A stretch of 64,000 nt of DNA from Myxococcota bacterium (GTDB lineage: Bacteria; Myxococcota_A; UBA796; SXON01), in the NCBI GenBank assembly GCA_040386535.1, contig JAZKFH010000084.1, forward strand, positions 9,191 to 73,190. The letters run 5' to 3'. Below the pieces are notes generated by a model that had not been told where the DNA came from, searched no databases, and was given only the letters and a program-made list of their open reading frames with translations. The position numbers and the translations under genes were made by a program. The number at the start of each line of letters is the position of its first letter. The first letter of the stretch is position 1. Positions 1 through 8,817 of this stretch are shown here, one piece after another.

Positions 1-206
1 AGGCGGTGACGCTCGAGCCGGCGCCGGGCTCGCCCATCGACGAGGCGCTCCATGCGCTCGCGGCCGCGGTGATCGCGTTCGCCGCGGTGCCCTCCTCGGA
101 GCACCGCGCGCGCCTCGATGCTGCGCTCGAGACGCCGACCGTCGCGACGAGCTTGGATGTTCGGGAGTTCGTGCGGTTCGTGCGGGGGTGGGTTTTTGGG
201 GGGTAG
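1..206 (+). CDS. 3' end of a hypothetical protein entering from the left edge
   Basis: Frame is open from position 3 to TAG at 204-206, with GC-rich third positions. Confidence 0.6.
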   Translation, partial: AVTLEPAPGSPIDEALHALAAAVIAFAAVPSSEHRARLDAALETPTVATSLDVREFVRFVRGWVFGG

Positions 207-259
207 GGGACGGTCCGGACCTTCCACCCGAGGACGCGGCCAGCGGCTCGGCAAGAGCG

Positions 260-480
260 CGGTCGGGGGTCAAGTTCGACTGAATAGGAGTCGGCCCGAC
301 GCAAGCCGTACCGAATGGGAATTCCAGGCGCCCCGGCGGCGCCCCGGCTGAAAGGGCGGACGGTAGAACGCCGGGTTTGGATGGGTGGAGGCGTCGCTCG
401 CCGGAGAGTCGACGCGAAACCGAGCCCGCGTTCCTGCTCGGTGTGGCATGCCTCCGAGACATTCCTGTTCAACCCGGCTT
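260..480 (+). ncRNA. Candidate structured RNA, family unassigned
   Basis: Intergenic between convergent genes. Nested stems; 370-385 pairs with 464-478 using three G-U wobbles valid only on the + strand. Confidence 0.35.
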
Positions 481-499
481 GGGGTGGCGCCGCACGACT

Positions 500-645
500 C
501 CGGCGCGAGGGACGCGGCGGGCGGCCGCGCGGGCGCGGCCGGTTCGGCACCCGCCGGCGCGGTAGCGGCGGCGTCGTGCCAACGGAGGGCCTCCGGCCCG
601 ACCCCGCGAGCCGGCCCGACCCCGGGCTCGGGCGGGGTCGCGCCC
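500..645 (-). repeat. GC-rich multi-hairpin intergenic repeat (family A)
   Basis: Reverse complement has GCGGGGTCGGGC..GCCCTCCGT-[stem]-ACCGGCCG-[stem]-CGGCCGCCC, shared with copies at ~12812 and ~13382. Confidence 0.55.
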
Positions 646-655
646 GAATTGGGTG

Positions 656-2851
656 TCAGCCGACGCCGACCTCGCCGTCGCGCTCCTCTACGACCAGCAC
701 GGTGTCGCTGACGTCGGGGTGCGCGAGCAGGTAGCGTGCCACGGCCGCGACGATGACGTGCTCGATGACACGTTGGAGCGGGCGGGCGCCGAGTTGGGGA
801 TCGAAGCCGGCGCGCACGACGCGATCGAGGATGGCCTCGGAGCAGAGCAGGCGGATGCCACGATTTGCGAGGCCGGGGCGCTGGGAGAGGAGCTCGATCT
901 CGCGCTCGGCGATGTGGCGGACGGCCGCGGTGTCGAGGGGGCGGAAGGCGACGATGCGGTCGAGGCGATTGATCAGCTCGGGGCGGAAGAAGTTGCGGAT
1001 GGCCGCGCGGTCGAGCTCGCCGACGCCACCCCCGCGGTCCGCGAAGCCGAGGCTCGCGCCGCGCCGGGCGCCGAGGTTGGTCGTGAGCAGGATGACACAG
1101 CCACGGAAATCAGTGACACGACCCCACGCGTCGGTGAGGGTGCCCTGATCCAACACGGAGAGGAGGGAGTCGAAGAAGACGGGGTGCGCCTTCTCGATCT
1201 CGTCGAACAGGACGACGGAGAAGGGCTTCTCGCGCACCTTGCGAACCAATTCGCCGGGCTCGCCGTCGGGGTTGCCGATGAGCCGCGCGATCTGCTCGGG
1301 GTGCTGACACTCGCTCATGTCGATGCGCACCAGCGCGGCTTCGCCGCCGAAACACCACTCGGCCAGGGCGCGCGCGGTGGCGGTCTTGCCGACGCCGGTG
1401 GGCCCGGCCAGCAGGAGGGTGGCGACGGGGCGCGCGCTGTCGTTGAGGCCGGCCTTGAACGTGGTGATGACCTCGACGATGGCGGCGCTGGCCTCGGGCT
1501 GGCCGAGGATGCGCTTGTCGAGCCAGGTGCGCAGGACGACGGGGTCGAGGGGGATGCGGTCGTCGAGCAGGATCGGCGGCATGCCGGTGCGTTCGGTGAA
1601 GAGGGCGAGGACGCTGGCCTCGTCCACGAGGTCCTTGCCGTCACGTTTGGCGCGGGCCACGGCCTCGGCGAGCAGGTTCACGAGCTTGCCCGGGAACTGC
1701 TCGGTGCGGACGAACCGATCGAGCAGCCGCCGCGCGAGCCGGGCGCCACGCGGCTCGATGCGGGTGCCGAGGCGGGCATGGAGCTCGCTGAGGCGCAGCA
1801 CGATCTCGGCCTGGGCGGGCTCGGCGAGCGGCGCGATGCGGATCTCCTCGAACGCGTCCAGGAAGCCGGGCAGGCGGCCGCGCATGGCCTCCATCTGCGC
1901 GGGGGTGACCTCGCCGATGATGCGCAGGCCCTCGTCGAGCGCGGGGCGCAGGTAGGCGGCGACGGAGTCGGACGGGCCGCGGCCGCCGGTCTGGAGCAGG
2001 GCGGGGAGGTCCTCGATCCAGAGCACACCGTCGACCTCGCGCAGGTCGCCGACCATCTGCTCGCACAACTCCTGCCACTGGCCGAGGTACTTGGCGCCCG
2101 CCACGAGGCGCTGGGCGCGCGTGCGGAACACCGGCGTGGTCTTCTTGAGGCGGCGCACGGCCTCGTAGAGGATGGCGCTGCGGCCCACGCGCGGCGGGCC
2201 GGTCACGACGAAGCTGCCGCGGCCGGAGAGCGCGGCGAGCACGGCGTCGATCTCGGACGCGCGCTCCCAGACGCCGGGCCAGCCGGGGGGCGGGCCGGTG
2301 ACCTTCTCGGCGATGGCGCCGAGGCGCTCGAGGCTGGGCGGGGGCGGGCGCGCGGAGACCTTGCGGCGGCGGGGGACGTGGCTGATCTCGAGCGTGGGCG
2401 CGGGGAGGAGCGCTGACTGGAACAGGTCGTCGACCGAGAGGCCGCCGGCCTCCTCCTGGACGAAGTGGGCCACGAGGGTCTCGAGCGTGGAGGCGTCGAG
2501 GAAGCGGAACACGTGGCGGAAGTTGACGATCTCGGCGAGCTGGATGCCGCTCGCGAGGCGGGCGTGCACGACGTCGACGGGGAGCGGCAGGGTGTGCGCG
2601 CTGCCGGTGCGGCCCTTCTCCTGGTCGTCGGAGGGGCGCACGGGGAGGACGAAGCGCACGAGGCGCACCTCCTCGATGTCCTCGGGCTCGTCGAACTCGT
2701 CGCCACGCTCGATCGCTTGTTTCACGGCGGCGGTGACGCCGGAGAGGCTGCCGCGGGCGACATCGGGGGCGTCCTCGGCGACGGCGCGGCGGCCGACGTA
2801 GAGGTCGGGGGCGAGCTTCCAGCAGAGGATGGGGAGGAGGGGGTCGGGCAT
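656..2851 (-). CDS. ClpA/ClpB-like double AAA+ ATPase, degenerate first NBD
   Basis: NBD1 GPPRVGRS / LWIEDL; NBD2 GPTGVGKT, RIDMSE, LFDEIEKAHP, FRPELINRLD, GARPLQR. Confidence 0.9.
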   Translation of the reverse strand: MPDPLLPILCWKLAPDLYVGRRAVAEDAPDVARGSLSGVTAAVKQAIERGDEFDEPEDIEEVRLVRFVLPVRPSDDQEKGRTGSAHTLPLPVDVVHARLASGIQLAEIVNFRHVFRFLDASTLETLVAHFVQEEAGGLSVDDLFQSALLPAPTLEISHVPRRRKVSARPPPPSLERLGAIAEKVTGPPPGWPGVWERASEIDAVLAALSGRGSFVVTGPPRVGRSAILYEAVRRLKKTTPVFRTRAQRLVAGAKYLGQWQELCEQMVGDLREVDGVLWIEDLPALLQTGGRGPSDSVAAYLRPALDEGLRIIGEVTPAQMEAMRGRLPGFLDAFEEIRIAPLAEPAQAEIVLRLSELHARLGTRIEPRGARLARRLLDRFVRTEQFPGKLVNLLAEAVARAKRDGKDLVDEASVLALFTERTGMPPILLDDRIPLDPVVLRTWLDKRILGQPEASAAIVEVITTFKAGLNDSARPVATLLLAGPTGVGKTATARALAEWCFGGEAALVRIDMSECQHPEQIARLIGNPDGEPGELVRKVREKPFSVVLFDEIEKAHPVFFDSLLSVLDQGTLTDAWGRVTDFRGCVILLTTNLGARRGASLGFADRGGGVGELDRAAIRNFFRPELINRLDRIVAFRPLDTAAVRHIAEREIELLSQRPGLANRGIRLLCSEAILDRVVRAGFDPQLGARPLQRVIEHVIVAAVARYLLAHPDVSDTVLVVEERDGEVGVG

Positions 2852-2884
2852 GGGGCTCGGGGCGGGGGTCGGGGAGGGGGAGTC

Positions 2885-3074
2885 GGAGAATCAGGAAGGC
2901 AGGAATAGAGGAAGGCAGGAGTCGGAGGGGAAACCGGAGCCGGAGGGGAGAATCAGGAAGGCAGGAATAGAGGAAGGCAGGAATCGGAGGGGGAGGGGAA
3001 CCGGAGAATCAGGAGGGCAGGAATAGAGGAAGGCAGGAGGGGGAGGGGAACCGCAGGAAGAGAGGAAGGCAGGA
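2885..3074 (+). repeat. Purine-rich direct repeats GGAGAATCAGGAAGGCAGGAATAGAGGAAGGCAGGA (3 full, 1 partial)
   Basis: Copies at 2885-2920, 2947-2982, 3003-3038 (1 mismatch), partial 3053-3074. Confidence 0.9.
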
Positions 3075-3100
3075 ATCGGAGGGGGAGACGGGAAGAGGGC

Positions 3101-3484
3101 TCAGTCGGGGAGCGGGCGGGCGAGGACGCGTTTGACATCGAGTTTCACCTTGCCGAAATTCAGAAGGAGTCCGTGCTCCTGGCCGACGGCGCGCAGGTAG
3201 GAGCGGACGATGGCGAAGTGGTCGGGGACAAGCTCGCGCACGGCCTTGAGCTCCACGACAAGCTCTCCGGCCACGAAGAGATCGAGACGGTGGAGACCCA
3301 CCTCGACCCCGCGGTAATGAACGGGCACCTCCACCTGGCGCACGAACGCAATTCCCCGCGCCTCCAACTCGAGCGCCAACGCCCGCTCGTACACCGACTC
3401 CAGAAAGCCAGGCCCAAGCGCACGATGAACCTCGATCGCGGCCCCAATTACCAACCCAGTCAGTTCCCCCAATTCGAGCGCCAT
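3101..3484 (-). CDS. GxxExxY family protein (PD-(D/E)XK nuclease-like)
   Basis: IGAAIEVHRALGPGFLESVYERAL ... RLDLFV ... VVELKAV ... GLLLNFG. Confidence 0.93.
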   Translation of the reverse strand: MALELGELTGLVIGAAIEVHRALGPGFLESVYERALALELEARGIAFVRQVEVPVHYRGVEVGLHRLDLFVAGELVVELKAVRELVPDHFAIVRSYLRAVGQEHGLLLNFGKVKLDVKRVLARPLPD

Positions 3485-3530
3485 CTCCCCTCCTCCTCGC
3501 TGCCTCTTCTCTCGCCTCTTTCTCTCTCCC

Positions 3531-3605
3531 TTCCTGCCTTCCTCTATTCCTGCCTTCCTGATTTGCCTTCCTCCCCCTTCCCCTCCCTTTCCTGCCTTCC
3601 TGATT
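3531..3605 (-). repeat. Inverted copies of the purine-rich repeat
   Basis: 3531-3563 is the exact reverse complement of 2951-2983; partial copy 3589-3605. Confidence 0.9.
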
Positions 3606-6600
3606 TGCCTTCCTCCCCGTTCCCCCTTCCCGCCTTCCCGCCCAACATCCACCACCACCGCAAAAACGGCACCACCGGCGCGACGCCGTACCCGTCCGCG
3701 ACCTCGGCCACGCGCAGATCCTCGACGCGGTTGCGCGCGCTGGCGGAGGCGCCGGGCACGTAGAGGCGCACGATGGGGGGCTCGATGCCGCCGGTGGGGG
3801 CGAGGTCGGCGGGCTCGGCGTCGAAGAGCTCGACCGCGATGGCGAAGGGCGGCGCGTCGGGCGGGTACCAGACGTGGACGCCCTCCTCGGCGGACAGGAG
3901 CTCGCGGAGCAAGGGACCGTGCAGGCGGAAGAGCAGCGGGGCGCGGCGTTCGGGCGCCTGGCCGGGGCGGCGGGCCTCCCAGCGGCGGTCGGTGTGCCAG
4001 GCCCAGGCCTCGCGGTCGGGCCAGAGCTCGTCGAGGGCGGTCGTGAGGCGCTCGATGTACGCCGCCACATGCGGACGGCTGGCGGCGCTCGCACCGGTGA
4101 CCGGTCGGATGCGTAGCCACACGGTCTCGGTGTGGCCCGCGGCGCTCGCGGCCAGCTTGTGCTCCAGGATGCGCAGCCGGACGGGCTCGAGCTCGGGGGC
4201 GCCGTCGTCCGCCCAGGCGTGGAGAGGCTGCCCGCCCAACACGAATTCGCGCACGCTGTGGAAGCTGCCGAAGGTGTCCCAGCGCCGCTCGTGTTTGGGC
4301 CAGCGCGCCCGCCGGAGCCGCGCGAGGGCCTGGCTCTGGAGCTCGACGCCGCCGGGCTCGACGGAGAGCGCCCGGAGCGCGTCCTGGAGGCGGTCGCGGA
4401 GCTGGTGGATCTCGCGCCCCTCGATGGCGACGCCCTCGCGGGAGGCCGTGGCCCGGAACGCGGTGGCGGGGAGGCGGTCGAGGAGCGCGTTGATCGCGGT
4501 GGCGTCGAGGGCCTCGGGCACCGGGCGCGTGGGTTCGGCCGTCGCGAAGTGGAGGACGCTCGCCTCGGCGGTGACCCCCCCGTCGATCGGACGGATGCGC
4601 ACCACGACGGGGGCCTCGACCGGGATCGTCGCGAGCAGCGCGGCCATGCGGCCCACCACGTCGCGCTCGATGGTGCGCTTGAGCGCGCGGGCGCCGAGGT
4701 CGGGGTCGAAGCCGGCGGCGGCGAGGCGCTCGAGGGCCACGTCGTCGACCTCCAGCAGCACGGTGCGGCGGAGGAAACCCTCGCGCTGGAGCACACGGTC
4801 GAGCTGCAGCCGCGCGATGCGACGGATGTCGGGCAACGCGAGGGGCTGGAACACGACGATGCGGTCGAGGCGGTTGACCAGCTCGGGGCGGAACGCGCGC
4901 TCGACCGCGGCGCGGTAGCTGGCGTTCATCGAGCCGGTGCCCGCGGCGGAGCCGCCAAAGCCCGTGCCCGCCGCGCGCTGCCCAGACCCGACGTTGGACG
5001 TGAGGATCACCACAGCCCGCGAGAAGTCGGCCCGGCGGCCGCGCCCGTCGGTCAGGCGGCCCTCGTCGAGCAGCTGGAGCAGCAGATCGTGGACGCTCGG
5101 GTGGGCTTTTTCGATCTCGTCGAGCAGCACGACCGAGTAGGGGTCCTGCCGCACGCGCCCGGTGAGCTGGCCCTCGCGCGTCGCGTCGCCGAGCAGGCGG
5201 TACACCGCGCCCGCGTCGACCAGCTCGTTCATGTCGAAGCGGAGGAGGCGCTCGCGCCCGGGGTAGAGCAGCTCGGCCAGCACCTTGGCGGCCTCGGTCT
5301 TGCCGACGCCGGTGGGGCCCACGAGGAGCCAGGTGGCGAGCGGCTTCTGGGGGCGGGCGAGCCCCGCGCGCAGCACGTGGACCACGTCGGTGAGCACGCC
5401 CACGGCTTCGGGCTGGCCGACGAGGCGCGCGGTGATGCGGTCGCGCAGCTCCGCATCGGGGAGCGGGCGCAGCGGGTCGAACAGGGTGGGGTCGAGGCCG
5501 GTGGTGCCGGTGTAGGCGGCCTCGACGTGGGCGGGGGTGATCTCCGGGTCGCCGCCCTGGGCCCCGACGCGGCTGGCGAGGGCGTCGAGGCGATCCACGA
5601 GGCTGCCGGGGGCCCCGCGCGCGCTGGGGTAGCGCTCGTCGAGCTCGAGGAGCCGGCGCACGGCCTCGAGCGGGATGCGGACGGTGTGCGCGCGCTCGAT
5701 GCGCTCGAGGTTGGCGAGCGTCATGCGGATGGCGACGGGGCGGGCGGGCGCGTCGACGCGGATGACGGAGAACAGCTCGGTGAAGGCGCGGTCGGCCTGC
5801 TCGAGGCGGTTCCACTCCTCGGGGGTGGCTTCGAGCAGGAACGGGAGGCGACGCGCCGCCAGCCACGGGCGCAGCAGGCTGCACAGGTTCAGCGCCGAGC
5901 CGGCCGAGCGCCCGACCAGCGAGAGCGCCACGGGGTTGTCGATGTAGATGCCGCCGCGCTGGTGCCCGCCGTCGCGACGCACGAGGTGCTCCAGGATGGC
6001 CGTCATTCGGCGCTCCCACGCGCCCACCTGGCTCATCCCCGCGATGACGCGGTTCGGATCGAGGTGGTGCAGGTGCACGGTGTGCTCGCTGTCGGGCCCC
6101 TCCGGCAGCGCGTCGAGGTAGCGGCGCGTGGCGGCCTCCACCAGCGTGGTCTTGCCGGCGCCCGAGGGCCCCACGAGCACGGTGGGCGCGGGGTTCGCGT
6201 CTTCGAACAAGAGGCGGCGGAGGGTCGCCACGCGGGGATCGGCGACCTGATCGAGGCGGAGGCCGTCCGGATACCGGTCGGCGAGCGGGCTGGAGACCTT
6301 GTGGAGCTCGACCGCGCCGTCGACCTTGGTGATGCCCGAGAGGGCCTGCAGGAAGGCCATCAGATCGAGCTTGGCGAAGGAGGGTCGCTCGACCTTGACC
6401 GTGGTGGTGAGCCACAAGAAGCGGTCGCCGCGCTGCTCGGCCCAGACCTCCTCCTCGTCCTCCGCGGCGCCCTCGGGACGCTCGTCGGGATCGAGGTCGC
6501 GGAACCAGGCGTCCACCGCGTCCTGGAGCCGGGCGGCCTGGAGCTCGGGCGGGGTGCGCGCGGGCAGCACGAGCACGGCGTTGCGGAGGCGCGGCAGGCA

Positions 6601-6918
6601 CACGACGGGGTGGGCGCCGAGTTGGAACCGTAGCGCGGGCGTGCGGATCTCGGTGCGGCGCCGCTGCCAGGGCACGCTTATCGTGGCGGTGCCCTCCACC
6701 GCGTGAGCCGGGATGGCGCCGAGCTTCATCGGGAGCTCGTCCTCGCCGCGCTCGCACGCGTCGTGCACCAGACGGCCGAGCTCCTGGAGCGCGCTCGCCG
6801 CGCCGAGTTTGCGCGCCTTGAGCTTGGGCTCGAACAGGGCCCAGCCCTCGTGGAGGCGGCGGTCGTCCTCCGTCTGGAGGCGGAAGAAGGCGGGGTAGCG
6901 AACGCGGGTGGTGGCCAT
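3544..6918 (-). CDS. ClpA/ClpB-like double AAA+ ATPase with C-terminal release-factor-like region
   Basis: NBD1 GPSGAGKT / IYIDNP; NBD2 GPTGVGKT, LLDEIEKAHP, FRPELVNRLD; tail HGPLLRELLSAEEGVHVW ... IVRLY ... RVEDLR. Start could extend to 6972. Confidence 0.88.
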   Translation of the reverse strand: MATTRVRYPAFFRLQTEDDRRLHEGWALFEPKLKARKLGAASALQELGRLVHDACERGEDELPMKLGAIPAHAVEGTATISVPWQRRRTEIRTPALRFQLGAHPVVCLPRLRNAVLVLPARTPPELQAARLQDAVDAWFRDLDPDERPEGAAEDEEEVWAEQRGDRFLWLTTTVKVERPSFAKLDLMAFLQALSGITKVDGAVELHKVSSPLADRYPDGLRLDQVADPRVATLRRLLFEDANPAPTVLVGPSGAGKTTLVEAATRRYLDALPEGPDSEHTVHLHHLDPNRVIAGMSQVGAWERRMTAILEHLVRRDGGHQRGGIYIDNPVALSLVGRSAGSALNLCSLLRPWLAARRLPFLLEATPEEWNRLEQADRAFTELFSVIRVDAPARPVAIRMTLANLERIERAHTVRIPLEAVRRLLELDERYPSARGAPGSLVDRLDALASRVGAQGGDPEITPAHVEAAYTGTTGLDPTLFDPLRPLPDAELRDRITARLVGQPEAVGVLTDVVHVLRAGLARPQKPLATWLLVGPTGVGKTEAAKVLAELLYPGRERLLRFDMNELVDAGAVYRLLGDATREGQLTGRVRQDPYSVVLLDEIEKAHPSVHDLLLQLLDEGRLTDGRGRRADFSRAVVILTSNVGSGQRAAGTGFGGSAAGTGSMNASYRAAVERAFRPELVNRLDRIVVFQPLALPDIRRIARLQLDRVLQREGFLRRTVLLEVDDVALERLAAAGFDPDLGARALKRTIERDVVGRMAALLATIPVEAPVVVRIRPIDGGVTAEASVLHFATAEPTRPVPEALDATAINALLDRLPATAFRATASREGVAIEGREIHQLRDRLQDALRALSVEPGGVELQSQALARLRRARWPKHERRWDTFGSFHSVREFVLGGQPLHAWADDGAPELEPVRLRILEHKLAASAAGHTETVWLRIRPVTGASAASRPHVAAYIERLTTALDELWPDREAWAWHTDRRWEARRPGQAPERRAPLLFRLHGPLLRELLSAEEGVHVWYPPDAPPFAIAVELFDAEPADLAPTGGIEPPIVRLYVPGASASARNRVEDLRVAEVADGYGVAPVVPFLRWWWMLGGKAGRGNGEEGKSGRQEREGKGEEGKSGRQE

Positions 6919-7001
6919 CGGTGGCACGGGGCGTAACGCGGGGGGGCTCGCGGCCCGCGCGTCCCCGCCCATGACCTACCCGCTTCCGCTCCCGGAGCGC
7001 C

Positions 7002-7409
7002 TCAGGACCGCTTCGCTCTCTCCTCCGCCTCAATCTGCGCGCGCACCTCCGCGCGGATCCTCTCCTCCATCTCGATGCGCTTCCGCACCTCCGCGAGCTC
7101 CCGCTCCTCCCGCTCGATCCGGGCTCGCGTGTCGAGAGCAGGCGCGCTGGGCGGCGGCATGAGCTTCTGCATGTTCGCGCTCGGCGCGGCGGCTGTCGGC
7201 GGCGCCGCGTGTGAGTAATCGGCAGCATCGTGCGCCACGGTGGACGAGGTGTTGGCGTCAGGCAGCAGCAGGATGGCGATCAGGCCGAGCGGACCGAACA
7301 GAAAGCACCAGATCGCGCCGCTCGTCTGCTGCCCCTTGCCCTCGCCGAGTTTGTAGCCGACGGCCGACCAGAAACCAGCCCAGCCCAGCGCGGCGCACAA
7401 AAACTCCAT
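7002..7409 (-). CDS. Small membrane protein with C-terminal coiled coil
   Basis: Two hydrophobic segments (...FLFGPLGLIAILLLP) then an E/R-rich helix; GGAGG upstream of the ATG. Confidence 0.75.
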   Translation of the reverse strand: MEFLCAALGWAGFWSAVGYKLGEGKGQQTSGAIWCFLFGPLGLIAILLLPDANTSSTVAHDAADYSHAAPPTAAAPSANMQKLMPPPSAPALDTRARIEREERELAEVRKRIEMEERIRAEVRAQIEAEERAKRS

Positions 7410-7512
7410 CGAACCTCCCGCGCTGAGGTGCGCGTGTCGGGAGGCTACCATGCCCCGGGTTGCAAATCTGACGGTGTGGGAGCCGCGTCTCCGCGCCAGT
7501 TACGATTCGCCG

Positions 7513-8817
7513 ATGTTGCTCCTGCTGCCGATCTCCGCCCTCGCCGCCACCCTCCAGGTCGGCCCCGACAAGCCGTACGCCACCCCGTGCGCCGCCGCGG
7601 CCGCGGTCCAGGACGGCGACACCGTCGAGATCGACGCCGGCACCTACACCGGCGATGTGTGCGCGTGGACCGCCGACGGCCTGACGCTCCGGGGCGTCGG
7701 TGGCTTCGCGCGGCTCGACGCGGCGGGTGCGGCCGCCCAGGGAAAGGCCATCTGGGTGATCCAGGGCGACGACACGACGATCGAGTGGATCGAGTTCACC
7801 GGCGCCACCGTGCCCGACCAGAACGGCGCCGGAATCCGGCAGGAGGGCACCCACCTGACCGTGCGTCATTGCTATTTTCACGACAACGAGAACGGCATCC
7901 TGGCGGGCGACAATCCCGCTAGTGACATCGTGGTGACCGACAGCGAATTTGCCGACAACGGCTACGGCGACGGCCAGTCGCACAACCTGTACATCAACCA
8001 TGTCCGCAGCCTGACGTTCCAATTCAACCACAGCTACCACGCGAACAAGGGCCACACCCTCAAGTCGCGCGCCGCGGCGACCTGGGTGCTGTACAGCCGG
8101 CTCACCGACGAGGCGGACGGGCAGGGCAGCTACCAGGTCGACCTGCCGAACGGCGGCTTCGCGGTGGTGCTCGGCAACGTGATCCAGCAGGGCCCCGCCG
8201 CCGAGAACGGGGGGATGGTCAGCTTCGCCGCCGAGGGGGCCACCAACCCCGAGCAGGCGCTGTACGTCGTCAACAACACGTTCGTGAACGATCGCGGCTC
8301 GGGCACGTTCGTCCGCAACGCATCGACCGTGGACGCCGTGGTGGTGAACAACCTGTTCGTGGGCGGCGGCACCGCGCTCGACGGGCCCGGCGCCCCGCTC
8401 ACCTGCCTGGAGACCGACGATGCCGGCTTCGTGGACGCGGCCGGCGCCAACTATTCGCTGGCTGCGGGTGCGGCGGCGATCGACGCGGGCAGTGATCCCG
8501 GCTCGGTGGGGGACGCGTCGTTGTGGCCGGCGTGGCATCCGGGCGGGGCGGCGCGGCCCGTGGTCGGGGCGATTGACGTTGGGGCGTATGAGTTCGGCGT
8601 CGCGGAGCCGGACACCGGGGGGGATTCGGGGTCGGGGGACTCGGGGGACTCGGGGGACTCGGGGGACACCGACTCCGCGCCGGACACCGCCACCGACATC
8701 GACGCTCCCGCGGTCGGGTGTGGCTGCACGACCGGGACGGGCGCTCCTGCACTTACGCTGCTCGGGGTCCTCGTGGCGCTCGGGGCCCGGCGTCGGGGGC
8801 GGGCTACAGCCCGTTGA
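7513..8817 (+). CDS. Secreted right-handed beta-helix protein with MYXO-CTERM-like tail
   Basis: Signal peptide; DQNGAGIRQEG, FHDNENGIL; GDS linker; GCGCTTG + TM helix + RRR. Confidence 0.85.
   Translation: MLLLLPISALAATLQVGPDKPYATPCAAAAAVQDGDTVEIDAGTYTGDVCAWTADGLTLRGVGGFARLDAAGAAAQGKAIWVIQGDDTTIEWIEFTGATVPDQNGAGIRQEGTHLTVRHCYFHDNENGILAGDNPASDIVVTDSEFADNGYGDGQSHNLYINHVRSLTFQFNHSYHANKGHTLKSRAAATWVLYSRLTDEADGQGSYQVDLPNGGFAVVLGNVIQQGPAAENGGMVSFAAEGATNPEQALYVVNNTFVNDRGSGTFVRNASTVDAVVVNNLFVGGGTALDGPGAPLTCLETDDAGFVDAAGANYSLAAGAAAIDAGSDPGSVGDASLWPAWHPGGAARPVVGAIDVGAYEFGVAEPDTGGDSGSGDSGDSGDSGDTDSAPDTATDIDAPAVGCGCTTGTGAPALTLLGVLVALGARRRGRATAR

Noticed and set aside
385..455. Hammerhead ribozyme (stem-GAAA-stem)
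   Set aside because: No CUGANGA core before stem II, and the cleavage triplet would be GUG
260..480. Retron msr-msd or group II intron remnant
   Set aside because: No reverse transcriptase downstream in the window and no proper domain V hairpin
3101..7228. 1375-aa ORF as a GxxExxY fusion
   Set aside because: Only the last 127 codons are protein-like; the rest is an R/P/G-rich off-frame reading of the ATPase gene
8617..8665. G-quadruplex-like GGGGGACTC repeats
   Set aside because: Explained by the encoded Gly-Asp-Ser linker
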